DNA from: Pseudomonadota bacterium
Lineage (GTDB): Bacteria; Myxococcota_A; Polyangia; Polyangiales; Polyangiaceae
Direction of reading: 5' to 3'
Assembly (NCBI GenBank): GCA_023432025.1
Contig: JAEYVE010000083.1
Location: forward strand, 4,244-68,243
Length of the DNA: 64,000 nucleotides
Shown piece after piece: positions 9,814-18,850 of the stretch. A program made the translations under genes and the position numbers. The notes under the pieces are model-generated. The model did not search any database and was not told the origin of the DNA. It was given only the letters and a program-made list of their open reading frames with translations. Each line of letters begins with the position of its first letter. Position 1 is the stretch's first letter.

Positions 9814-10141
9814 AGGCGAACGCGGTGACCGCCACGAGCAGTAGCACCACCAAGACGAAGAGATACTTCACGAGCGGATCGGGCTCGACGCGGCGAAGCA
9901 AATCTGCGGCGGCAGCGCGCACGTCCTCGCGGTCGCTCGACTCGGCGAGCCGCTGCGCCTCCACCCGGACGCGCGCGTAGTTTCCGGCTTCGAACGCCTC
10001 GCCGAGCTCTTGCAGCGTGGGGTCGTCCGGTAGGCTCTCGAGGAAACGTGCTCGTCGCGCCGCACGCGATGGAGTCGACGCTTCGGGCACGCGTGACGTT
10101 TCGGAGTTTCGAGGGCTCGTTTCGGGCACGACGCGCCGCAT
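9794..10141 (-). CDS. Small hypothetical protein with a C-terminal TM anchor
   Basis: 115-aa ORF ending in ...KYLFVLVVLLLVAVTAFAYGHGHG. It overlaps the start of the downstream lipoprotein gene. Confidence 0.4.
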   Translation of the reverse strand: MRRVVPETSPRNSETSRVPEASTPSRAARRARFLESLPDDPTLQELGEAFEAGNYARVRVEAQRLAESSDREDVRAAAADLLRRVEPDPLVKYLFVLVVLLLVAVTAFAYGHGHG

Positions 10142-10176
10142 GCTAGGGCGCCGTTCGCTTCAAGGCGAGGGCGCGC

Positions 10177-11106
10177 TCACGCCACCTCGTTGACGGACGC
10201 GTCCGGGCCTTCTTGCGCCCCGTTCGAGACTACGTCGTCGAAGGCGGGAGCATCGATGCTCGGCTCCGTCGCAACGGCGGTCCAGCTTTCGCCGTATTTC
10301 GCGGCAAGAAACCTCTCTCGGTAGAGGAAGTACGCCGCCTCGCAGACTTTGTGCGTGTAGTAGGCGTTGAAGCCACCGCCAATGGCCGCGCCGGCCACCG
10401 GGAGGCTCTGCGCCAGCTTGCGCTTCGTGAGCTCGATGCCGAGCGAGTGCGCGAAATGTTGGAGGAGCCTCACGAAGCCGTGCTTTTGCAAGTGCTCCCA
10501 GGCGCGCTGCTGGGCCAGCTCCTGCGCGATGCGGGCGAGCTGCGCCATGACGGCGGCCTTCGTCGAATCGGCGGGGCTCGTGGCCAGGCCGAGCACGTTG
10601 AGCGCAAAGAGACGCTCGTGCTGTGTGGACACGTCGAAGCCACAATACGTCGCGTACTCGCCGATGGCGCGCAGGTTGAGCGTGACCAGCGCGAGAATGT
10701 CGGGGGCAATGCCGGCAAAACCGAGCGCGCCGCTGGCGGCGCCCTCCGCCAAGGCGAGCCCCTTGTACTTGACGCTCAGAAAACCGATGGCGCGATCGAC
10801 CGCGGAGAGATCCAGCTCGCGAACGTCCTCGGACGCACGAACGTGCGAGTGACCACGCTTCTGGAAGTCGCGGTGGATGGCGGCAGGTCGAACGCTCCAC
10901 TGCGCGACGTCGTTGCCGAGATGAATGATACCGAGCGTCGACCTCTCGATGACCCAGCCGACACCCGGCGCTCGGGCGACGAGCTCGCTTGCCACGTCGA
11001 AGGGCAGGCCCACAGCGCGTGACACCTTGCCGAGGAGCTTGCGTGGGGGCCGTCTCCAGCGCGCGATCTGAGCGAGGGCATCGCGTTCGTACTTCGAGGG
11101 CTTCAC
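10177..11106 (-). CDS. EcsC family protein
   Basis: YERDALAQIARWRRPP..., LALAEGAASGALGFAGIAPDILALVTLNLRAIGEYATYCGFD and PVAGAAIGGGFNAYYTHKVCEAAYFLYRERFL match the EcsC family pattern. Confidence 0.7.
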   Translation of the reverse strand: MKPSKYERDALAQIARWRRPPRKLLGKVSRAVGLPFDVASELVARAPGVGWVIERSTLGIIHLGNDVAQWSVRPAAIHRDFQKRGHSHVRASEDVRELDLSAVDRAIGFLSVKYKGLALAEGAASGALGFAGIAPDILALVTLNLRAIGEYATYCGFDVSTQHERLFALNVLGLATSPADSTKAAVMAQLARIAQELAQQRAWEHLQKHGFVRLLQHFAHSLGIELTKRKLAQSLPVAGAAIGGGFNAYYTHKVCEAAYFLYRERFLAAKYGESWTAVATEPSIDAPAFDDVVSNGAQEGPDASVNEVA

Positions 11107-11363
11107 CGGTCGTCCCTTTGTGTCGGCTGCTCAGGGGTCGTCTCGAGTGCAGCGGCGTCCGTCGGGGGCGGCATGAGGGGTCGGAAGGCACCGGCCTCTT
11201 CCGGATGGGTCAGTTGTGACCCTTCGCGCACTACGATGGCATTGGAGCGCGGTGTTCGCCGCTCCATCTCGACACATCGGGGTGAGCCAGCGCGCAAAGG
11301 GTGAGACGAATGACTCTCCGTCGCTACGCACGGACTCCGTGTAGGTGGCGTGTCCCCCGAGCG

Positions 11364-13109
11364 TCAGAACTGGAAGTAAACGAACGGCACCGCGTCGCTC
11401 GACGCCATTTGGGCAATGGCCACTGCCGCCAGAAAGAGCGCCACTCCTTGGACGGGCGCGGGCAAACGAATGAAGCCGTCGCGCAGCGTACGGTAGAGGT
11501 TTTCCGGCAAAAAGTGCGACGCGAGCCTGAGGGCGAGCACCGCCACGACCGTCGTGGGGAGGTTCGGGTGGTAGGTGCTGAGCTCGGTGAGGCGGGAGAA
11601 AATGAGACGCGCCTTGTCGAAGCTGTCCGCGCGGAAGAACACCCAGCCCACGAGCACCACGTGGAACGTGAAGAACACACCCGCGGCGTGCAAGAGACGC
11701 GAGCGCGGCGGCGCGCCGCCCTTGGTGCCTCTGAGGTCGTGAAAGGCCTTGTTCACGGCGAGCGCCGCGCCGTGCAGACCGCCCCACACGACGAAGGTCC
11801 ACGACGCGCCATGCCAGAGCCCGCCGAGCAGCATGGTCAGCATCAGGTTCACGTAGGTGCGCACCTTGCCCTTGCGGTTGCCTCCGAGCGGTACGTACAG
11901 GTAGTCCCGGAGCCACGTGGACAAGGAAATGTGCCAGCGCCTCCAGAAGTCCTGAATGCTGTGCGCCTTGTACGGCGAGTCGAAGTTCAGCGGGAAACGA
12001 ATGCCGAGCAAGAGCGCCGAGCCAATGGCGATGTCCGTGTAGCCGGAGAAGTCGCAGTAAATCTGGAGCGCATAGCCGACGACGGCCGCATAGCACTCGA
12101 GCGACGAGTACATCGTGGGCGCGTCGAAGACGCGGTCGACGAGGTTGAGCGCCAGGTAGTCGCCCACCACGACCTTCTTCAAAAGCCCCGTCGCGATGAG
12201 AAAGAGCCCTTCGCTCGCTTCGCTCGCGCTGAAGCGCGCGGGGCCGGCCAGCTGCGGCAGCAGATCGCGCGGGCGCACGATGGGGCCCGCAACCAAATGC
12301 GGGAAAAAGGCCACGAACGTCAGGTACTCGAGGTAGCTCCGGTGCGGCTCGAGCTCGCCGCGGTACACGTCGATGACGTAGCTCATCGACTCGAACGTGA
12401 AAAAGCTGATGCCGATGGGCAGGGCCACCTCGAGCGCGATGCGCGGCACCGGCACACCCATGCCGGAAAGGAGCGCGGACATGGCCTCGATGCCGAAGTT
12501 CGCGTACTTGAAGAACGCGAGCACGCCGAGGTTCATCACCACGGTGGCGATCAGCCACAGCTTTTTCTTCTGCGCGGTAGGAGCGCGGTCGATGGCGAGC
12601 GCGAGGAGCCAGTCCGCCGTCGACGAGGCCCAAATGAGCGCGAGAAAACGGTAGTCCCAGTGCGCGTAGAAGTAGTAACTCGCGCCCAAGAAGAACAGGA
12701 GCCGCACCTTGCGCGCGCGCAGGGTGAGCACCAGGAGGACACCTCCCAAGAGGAGCACGAGCCAGCGAACCGGCCCCAGTCGTTCGAGCGGCACTGCGAG
12801 GCTCTGGAGCCCGAGGCTCACCGGGTCGAGCCCCGTTTCGGGAATGCAGAGCGCCGCGAGCGCGCCGAGGTTGACCAGCGTCGACACGGCGGCGGTGCGT
12901 GTCGTGGGCTCCTTGGGTCGGCAAGCGAGGAGGCTCACCGAGAGCGCCCCCATCGTCAGGCCGAGCGCGAGCCACGAAGGATGCCGCAGCGCATACGCGG
13001 CGAGGGCCAACCAAGGCAGCAGAGGCGCCCAGCGGCGCTCGACCAACGCCCAGCCGACGACGAACACCAGCCCGAAGAACTGCGCGTAGGCGAGGGTGTT
13101 GAAGAGCAC
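11364..13109 (-). CDS. MBOAT family O-acyltransferase (AlgI/DltB-like)
   Basis: 581-aa polytopic protein with FWRRWHISLSTWLRDYLYVPLGGNRKG and GLWHGASW motifs. GTG start at 13109. Confidence 0.9.
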   Translation of the reverse strand: MLFNTLAYAQFFGLVFVVGWALVERRWAPLLPWLALAAYALRHPSWLALGLTMGALSVSLLACRPKEPTTRTAAVSTLVNLGALAALCIPETGLDPVSLGLQSLAVPLERLGPVRWLVLLLGGVLLVLTLRARKVRLLFFLGASYYFYAHWDYRFLALIWASSTADWLLALAIDRAPTAQKKKLWLIATVVMNLGVLAFFKYANFGIEAMSALLSGMGVPVPRIALEVALPIGISFFTFESMSYVIDVYRGELEPHRSYLEYLTFVAFFPHLVAGPIVRPRDLLPQLAGPARFSASEASEGLFLIATGLLKKVVVGDYLALNLVDRVFDAPTMYSSLECYAAVVGYALQIYCDFSGYTDIAIGSALLLGIRFPLNFDSPYKAHSIQDFWRRWHISLSTWLRDYLYVPLGGNRKGKVRTYVNLMLTMLLGGLWHGASWTFVVWGGLHGAALAVNKAFHDLRGTKGGAPPRSRLLHAAGVFFTFHVVLVGWVFFRADSFDKARLIFSRLTELSTYHPNLPTTVVAVLALRLASHFLPENLYRTLRDGFIRLPAPVQGVALFLAAVAIAQMASSDAVPFVYFQF

Positions 13110-13205
13110 CGGCGAGGCTTAAAGGAGCGTCTCCGGGTTGTCGAGCAAAGGCGCGCGACGGCGAGTTTTTGGGAGATGGCGCGTCTGCGCTAAAGGAGGA
13201 GGGCC

Positions 13206-13994
13206 GTGCCGCTCGGACGTGTTTTCTTTTGGCTGGTGAGTCTCGCGGCGCTCGCGCTCGGTGTGCGGAGCGCGCTGGGCTCACCGCCTCCGCTCGGTGT
13301 CGCCGTAGCTGGCATGCTGGCCTATTTGAGCCTGATCCTCGTGGCGACTTTGGTGCCTCGTTTGGAAGTGTTCGGGGACGTGCTGTGGCGCGTGCCGAAC
13401 GCGAGCGGGCGGGTGGCGCTGACGTTCGACGACGGGCCGAACCCGGAAACGACGCCGCGTGTCCTCGATCTCCTGCGCGAGCGACGGCAGCGAGCGACTT
13501 TTTTCGTCATCGGTCGCAAGGCGGAGGCGCACCCCGAGCTGCTCCGAAAAATGGCGGACGAGGGGCACGCCATCGGCGTTCATGGCTTCGATCACGACCG
13601 TCTGTACTCGTTCTGGCGCCCCGCGCTCGTGACGGCGGACATCGAGCGATGCATTTCTATCGTGGCACGTGCCACGGGTCGACGCCCCGAGCTTTTTCGC
13701 CCGCCCATCGGTCAGGCGAGCCCGCGTACGTTCGCGGGCGCCAAGAAGGCAGGCGTGGAAGTCGTGGGCTGGTCGGTGCGCGGTCGAGACGGTCTAGCGG
13801 GCGCCCGAGCCGAGCGCGTGTCCGAGCGTGTGGAGCGCGGCCTCCGTGCGGGCGCCATCGTGCTGCTTCACGACGCCGCCGAGCGCGACGACTACCGCCC
13901 CGCGTCGCTCGAAGCGCTGCCTCGTATTTTGGAGGCGCTCGAAGAGCGCGGGCTCCGCTCGGTGACCGTTGGCGAGCTCGTCGGCGCGAGCTGA
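13206..13994 (+). CDS. Polysaccharide deacetylase (NodB homology domain) with an N-terminal TM segment
   Basis: VALTFDDGPNPETTPRVLDLL, ATFFVIG, GHAIGVHGFDH and RPPIGQ match the NodB motif series. Confidence 0.85.
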   Translation: MPLGRVFFWLVSLAALALGVRSALGSPPPLGVAVAGMLAYLSLILVATLVPRLEVFGDVLWRVPNASGRVALTFDDGPNPETTPRVLDLLRERRQRATFFVIGRKAEAHPELLRKMADEGHAIGVHGFDHDRLYSFWRPALVTADIERCISIVARATGRRPELFRPPIGQASPRTFAGAKKAGVEVVGWSVRGRDGLAGARAERVSERVERGLRAGAIVLLHDAAERDDYRPASLEALPRILEALEERGLRSVTVGELVGAS

Positions 13995-14064
13995 GCGGAG
14001 TCCGCTCGTCGAGCCCGTGTTTGCCCACGCCGCGTGGACGGAGGGGTCTCGCGACCGCGTCGTG

Positions 14065-15531
14065 TCACGCGGCTGGTAGCTCGATCACGAAGCGGGCTCC
14101 TTCGGCGTAGCTCTCGTCGAGCTCGATGGTTCCGCCGCCGGCTTCGACGAGACCGCGGCTCACGGCGAGCCCGAGCCCGGTGCCTTTACCGACTTCTTTG
14201 GTCGTGACGAACGGTTCGAACAGGTGCTCGCGCACCTCCGGGGCGACGCCTGGACCGTCGTCCGTGACCGTGATGCGCGCGCCACGCGGCCCTGGCTCCG
14301 CGACGACGGAGATGGTGCCGCGTTCGCCGCACGCATCGGCCGCGTTCATCACCAAGTTGAGAAGAAGCTGCACGAGCTGCTCGTGGCCCAGCCGCACCGG
14401 CGGAACGTGTCCACGGACTTCCTGGACGAGCTCGAGCTCGCGTAGGTTCTTTTGTGGCCGCACGAGGGCCAGGGTGTCCGCCAGCGCGGTCGAAACGTCT
14501 CCGGACGTCTGCTCCAGCGGACGCGCCACGGACGGCCGGGCGAAGTCGAGCAAGTCGCGGAGAATGCGGTGCACGCGGCTCGTTTCGCGCTCCATTCGTT
14601 GGAGAAAATCGCGCGTTTCGGCGGGGTCGAGGTCGCCGTCCAACAAGAGATGCTGGAGTCCCAGAATGGCGGAGATGGGGTTGCCGATTTCGTGGGCGAG
14701 CCCTGCCGCGAGGCGACCCACCGACGCGAGGCGTTCGGAGCGAACAACGGTGTCTTGCGCCGCGCGCAAGCGCTCGGTCGCCTCTTCCACCTCGGTGACT
14801 TTGCGGCGCAACGCTTCTTCTTCGCGCAGCAAGTGGCGAGTCATGGTGCGCAAGCTGCGACCCAAATCCCGGAGCTCGCGTGGGGCCCGCTCCGGGACTT
14901 CGAGCTCGCGGGCGCCGCGGACGACGCGCTCTGCCGACGTGGAGAGGGCGTCCACGGGGCGCACGATGAGCCGCGTCAGCGCAAAGTACGCGCCGACGAG
15001 AGTTCCGAGCGCGACGACCGCCATGTAGAGCCCCACGAGCCTCGTGAGCGGCTCCGCAGGTGTCCGCGCTGGGTCGACGCGCACGACCGCAGCCACGCTA
15101 CCTTGGGCGCCGCTGACGAACACGGCGAGGGCCGGCCCCGTCGTGCCTTGGACCGTCGTGACCTCGCTCGTGCCGGGCGCTTGCGGTAGGCGACCCGGCG
15201 GCGCCTGCAAGCTCCGTACGAGCACCGGATCTCCAGCGCGCGCCACGGGTTGGCCCTGCACGTCGTAAACGGCCAAAGCGTCCACGTCGCCGACGGTGAG
15301 TTGAGCCGTCAAGAAATCGACGAGCTCTCGAGGCGTGCGCCACTCGCGCGCCTCCACGACGTGCGCGGCGATGGAGCGGCCGAGCGCACGCGCGTGCGCG
15401 ACTTGCTGCCGCTGCAGCGCGACGCGCGTGTAGGTGGCGGTGGCGTAGTAGAGCGGCACGAAGGCGAGCAGCATGAGCGCGCCCAAGAGCAAGAGGAGCT
15501 GGAGCCGAAGGCCCGACCGCACGACGGCCAC
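14065..15531 (-). CDS. Sensor histidine kinase (2 TM, HAMP, HisKA, HATPase)
   Basis: H-box GLAHEIGNPISAI, N-box LLLNLVMNAADA, and G-boxes TDDGPGV and GKGTGLGLAVSRGL. Confidence 0.85.
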   Translation of the reverse strand: MAVVRSGLRLQLLLLLGALMLLAFVPLYYATATYTRVALQRQQVAHARALGRSIAAHVVEAREWRTPRELVDFLTAQLTVGDVDALAVYDVQGQPVARAGDPVLVRSLQAPPGRLPQAPGTSEVTTVQGTTGPALAVFVSGAQGSVAAVVRVDPARTPAEPLTRLVGLYMAVVALGTLVGAYFALTRLIVRPVDALSTSAERVVRGARELEVPERAPRELRDLGRSLRTMTRHLLREEEALRRKVTEVEEATERLRAAQDTVVRSERLASVGRLAAGLAHEIGNPISAILGLQHLLLDGDLDPAETRDFLQRMERETSRVHRILRDLLDFARPSVARPLEQTSGDVSTALADTLALVRPQKNLRELELVQEVRGHVPPVRLGHEQLVQLLLNLVMNAADACGERGTISVVAEPGPRGARITVTDDGPGVAPEVREHLFEPFVTTKEVGKGTGLGLAVSRGLVEAGGGTIELDESYAEGARFVIELPAA

Positions 15532-15659
15532 CGTTTCACGACTCGTGTCGTCACGACAAGCCGGCTCCGGAGCGCGGGGGGCCTCCCCGGGCCCCGCTTA
15601 CGGAAGTCGCGCTCAAAACTGGGCCGGTTGCCCGAACCTCTGTTAGGCGGGACGGACGC

Positions 15660-17774
15660 ATGGATCCCCTCGTTGTCGCGGCACTCGGCTTGCAGCAGGT
15701 CGTGATTCGGGGCGCGGGCTTGCTGCTCGGCTTGGGGTTGGGCGTCTACCTCGTGTGCTGGGCGGCGGATCCGCCCGCCGACGTCTGGTCCCTCGGGGCG
15801 CTGACCTTGTTGGTGGTGTCCACGGCGGTCCACTTGGTGCGGCGCGCGCGCTCTCTCGAGACCGAGGCCTCGATGCGCGCCGATCTCGAGCTCTTCATGA
15901 GCTTGACCACCGCCGCGTACGCGGCGGTACTTCACCTGCCGGGCGCGCTCGACGGACCATTCTATCCGCTCGTCTACGTGCTCATGATGGTGGTGGCGGC
16001 CTTTGCGCGGCCGCTCGCCGCCGTACTGACGGTGCTGTATGCGGCGGTGCTCGAGGCGGGTCTGCATTTCGTGGCTTACGGCGGGCAAAAAGCCGACGAG
16101 CTTTTGCCGCACGCCTTGTTCCTGGCGCTCTTCACGGGCCTCAACGTGACGCTCTTTCGCGCCGAGATCGCGCGCGTCCGCCGGGTGTCGCGGGCGCACA
16201 TCGCGGGAGAAATCGACCGCATGCGTGAGGCGGCGCGCTCTTACCGTCTGCTCGGTTCGGGAGGAGAAGGCGAAGACCGCGATCGTCTGCTGCGCTCGGG
16301 CATCGACGAAATTCACCAAGCGAGCAGCTTTGCGCTGGACGTCGTGCGGCGCAGCTTGAAGCTCCAGACGGCGGTGCTGCTCGGCGTGGAAAAGCGCGGC
16401 GAGTGCTTGGCCGTGCGGGAAGTGTCGACGGACGTGGGCGGCGTTCTCACGGGATTCATCTCGGCGCAGGGCGGCATTTTCGGCGCAGCCTTGGCCCGCG
16501 GGGACGCGTTCTGCGTGGCGGGAGCCCGCGCCGGCACGCACGCAAGCTACTACGAGAAACGCCCCACGGTGGGCGCCGTGTGCGCGGTGCCGTTGCTCGA
16601 GCGTGGAAACCTGCGCGGCTACTTGGCGGTGGACCGCGTCGCCAGCGAGCCGTTCACGGAGGACGAGCTGTCCTCTTTGCGCGCGGCGACGACGTTCTTG
16701 CAGCGCGCCATCGAGAACGAGCGCGTGTTCGCGGAGCTGGAGCGGGCCCGCTCGGAGCAAGCCAAGCTCTACCGCGCGGCGGGCGCGTTGGGCGCAGCCA
16801 TCACGGAGGCGCAGGTCATCGAGGCGGGTGTGTCGAGCGCCCGCGAGGTAGCGGCCTTCGACTTCGCCGCGGTGACGCTCTTCCACCGCCGCACCAACCA
16901 ACACGAAATCTGCGCGGTGAGCGGCGAGGGACAGGAGGGGCTGGTCGGGCGCAGCTTCCGCCACAACGCGGGGCTCGTGTCCATGGTGGTCGCCAACCGC
17001 CACGCGCTTCCGTATCGAGGGGAGTACGACGCGTCTCGTCAAACCGTGTTCGCCCGCGGACTGAACCCGCCTCCCGTGCCTTCTTTGTTGATTCTGCCGC
17101 TCGTAGTGCACGAGCGCGTGCTCGGCACCTTGGTGCTCGGCTCCGAACAGAAACGCGCCTTCGACGACACGGTGCGCCCTGCGCTCGAGGTGCTCGCCAG
17201 TCACGTCGCGGTGTCTCTCTCCAACGCCCGTATGGTCGGGCGGCTCGAGGAGCTCGCCACCACGGACGGCCTCACGGGGCTCTTGAACAAGCGCACGCTC
17301 ATCGAAGAGGCCGAACGTCGCATCAAGAGCGCCGAGCGCTTCGGCAAGCCCGTCAGCGTGCTCGTAACGGACATCGATCACTTCAAGCGCGTGAACGACA
17401 CGTTTGGCCACGACGTGGGCGACGTGGTCATCAAGGGTCTCGGCGACGTGCTCCGCCGCGTCAAACGCGACACCGACATCGTGGGTCGTTTCGGCGGCGA
17501 GGAGTTCGTCGTGGTGTGCGAGCAGACCGACGAGACCGGCGCGAAGTATCTGGCCGAACGCTTGCGCAAGGAGCTCGAGAGCACCGAGTTCCAAACCGAG
17601 CTCGGCCCGCTCAAAGTCACCTGCTCGGTGGGCGTCGCGACGTTCCCAGCCGCGGGCCGGAATTGGGCAGCGCTCTTCAAGGCAACCGACGAGGCGCTTT
17701 ACGTGTCCAAACGCGGCGGGCGAAACCGCGTCACGGTGTGGAACCCCAAGCTGCAGGGCGCGTCCGCCGCCTGA
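15660..17774 (+). CDS. Membrane-bound diguanylate cyclase (multi-TM N-terminus, GAF-type domains, GGDEF)
   Basis: The C-terminus reads DGLTGLLNKR...DIDHFKRVNDTFGHDVGD...RVKRDTDIVGRFGGEEFVVV. It has the active GGEEF motif and an RxxD I-site (RDTD) at canonical spacing. Confidence 0.9.
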   Translation: MDPLVVAALGLQQVVIRGAGLLLGLGLGVYLVCWAADPPADVWSLGALTLLVVSTAVHLVRRARSLETEASMRADLELFMSLTTAAYAAVLHLPGALDGPFYPLVYVLMMVVAAFARPLAAVLTVLYAAVLEAGLHFVAYGGQKADELLPHALFLALFTGLNVTLFRAEIARVRRVSRAHIAGEIDRMREAARSYRLLGSGGEGEDRDRLLRSGIDEIHQASSFALDVVRRSLKLQTAVLLGVEKRGECLAVREVSTDVGGVLTGFISAQGGIFGAALARGDAFCVAGARAGTHASYYEKRPTVGAVCAVPLLERGNLRGYLAVDRVASEPFTEDELSSLRAATTFLQRAIENERVFAELERARSEQAKLYRAAGALGAAITEAQVIEAGVSSAREVAAFDFAAVTLFHRRTNQHEICAVSGEGQEGLVGRSFRHNAGLVSMVVANRHALPYRGEYDASRQTVFARGLNPPPVPSLLILPLVVHERVLGTLVLGSEQKRAFDDTVRPALEVLASHVAVSLSNARMVGRLEELATTDGLTGLLNKRTLIEEAERRIKSAERFGKPVSVLVTDIDHFKRVNDTFGHDVGDVVIKGLGDVLRRVKRDTDIVGRFGGEEFVVVCEQTDETGAKYLAERLRKELESTEFQTELGPLKVTCSVGVATFPAAGRNWAALFKATDEALYVSKRGGRNRVTVWNPKLQGASAA

Positions 17775-17924
17775 GCGAGGGGCCGCTTTCCCTCAAGCAG
17801 CGCTGAGGCCTTCACGGTCTCGTGTTCGCGGGCCCGGCACGAAATTCCGCGAGCGCCGCGAATCTCCGCGCGGAGAGCCCTCGGAACGTGCCACGAATCG
17901 CGCGAAAGTCCGGCGAAGTTGGGC

Positions 17925-17939
17925 GGCACGCGCGTTGCT
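17925..17939 (+). promoter_or_regulatory. Sigma-54-like -24/-12 element upstream of, or inside the annotated start of, the EAL gene
   Basis: cGGCACgcgcgTTGCT has GG-N10-GC spacing and a TTGCT -12 box. Only the first T of the TGGCAC consensus is missing. Confidence 0.35.
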
Positions 17940-17942
17940 TGG

Positions 17943-18752
17943 ATGAAGCCTCGTATGTGCAGCACCGCGCAAAAGTTTGGCAGAATCTCGTCCGAGCGCG
18001 CGCCGAACACGTGGCGACGGCGTTCGGTTCGCACCGGAACGACCAAGCAGCCGCGCGACCTCGAACGCGCTTTGGCTTCGTTGTGGATCGCTTTTCAACC
18101 CATCGTGCGCGCCGCGGATGGCGCGACGTTCGGCTACGAAGCGCTGGTGCGTACGCGCGAGCCCGCGGTGCCGACGCCCGCTGCGCTCCTGGCGCTCGCG
18201 GAGCGTCTCGGTCGCATGGCCGAGCTCGGTCGCGCCATTCGACGTTGTTCGCTCGCGGCCGCGCGGGCACACGAGGGGCAGTTTTCGTTGTTCATGAACC
18301 TGCACCCCTACGAGCTCTTGGACGAGGAGCTCTTGTCCGACATTGGAGCCTCGGGGCTCGCCGAGCGGATGGTACTCGAAATCACCGAGCGAGCGTCTCT
18401 CGCTGCCGTGCCGGATCTCCCCGAGAAGCTCCGGGAGCTGCGTCGGCTGGGCTGTCGCATCGCCATCGACGACTTGGGCGCCGGCTACTCGGGCCTCTCG
18501 AGCTTCGTCGAACTGGCGCCGGACATCGTGAAAATCGACATGTCGCTCGTGCGCGACGCTCATCAGAGCCCGGTCAAGCAACACGTCATCCGCGCGCTCA
18601 CGGAAATGTGCAAAACGATGGGGCTCTCCGTGGTGGCTGAGGGGATTGAGAGCAGAGAAGAGCGAGACGTGGTCGTGGCGCTGGGTTGCGATCTCCTGCA
18701 AGGCTTTCACTTCGGGCGGCCGAACGCAGCGTTCTCGCCTCTCCGCACGTAG
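17943..18752 (+). CDS. Stand-alone EAL domain protein (c-di-GMP phosphodiesterase)
   Basis: FQPIV...FGYEALVR, FMNLHP, LEITERA, IAIDDLGAGYS, VKIDMSLV, VVAEGIES and LQGFHFGRP cover all the usual catalytic positions. The start is ambiguous (TTG 17919, ATG 17943 or ATG 17955). Confidence 0.8.
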   Translation: MKPRMCSTAQKFGRISSERAPNTWRRRSVRTGTTKQPRDLERALASLWIAFQPIVRAADGATFGYEALVRTREPAVPTPAALLALAERLGRMAELGRAIRRCSLAAARAHEGQFSLFMNLHPYELLDEELLSDIGASGLAERMVLEITERASLAAVPDLPEKLRELRRLGCRIAIDDLGAGYSGLSSFVELAPDIVKIDMSLVRDAHQSPVKQHVIRALTEMCKTMGLSVVAEGIESREERDVVVALGCDLLQGFHFGRPNAAFSPLRT

Positions 18753-18850
18753 ACCAAGCCGCTTCGCGCCTCGTGTGCTCGTGCGCCCGAGCTCGGCGCC
18801 GTGCTAAGGTGCGCGGCTCGGGAGGGCCGTGTCGGTAGGGCCTTTCAGCC

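Noticed and set aside
13662-13675. A perfect 14-bp palindrome, GTGGCACGTGCCAC, containing TGGCAC.
   Set aside because: It lies inside the deacetylase coding sequence (..IVARATG..) and has no TTGC box at the -12 spacing, so it is not a sigma-54 promoter. An operator role is unsupported.
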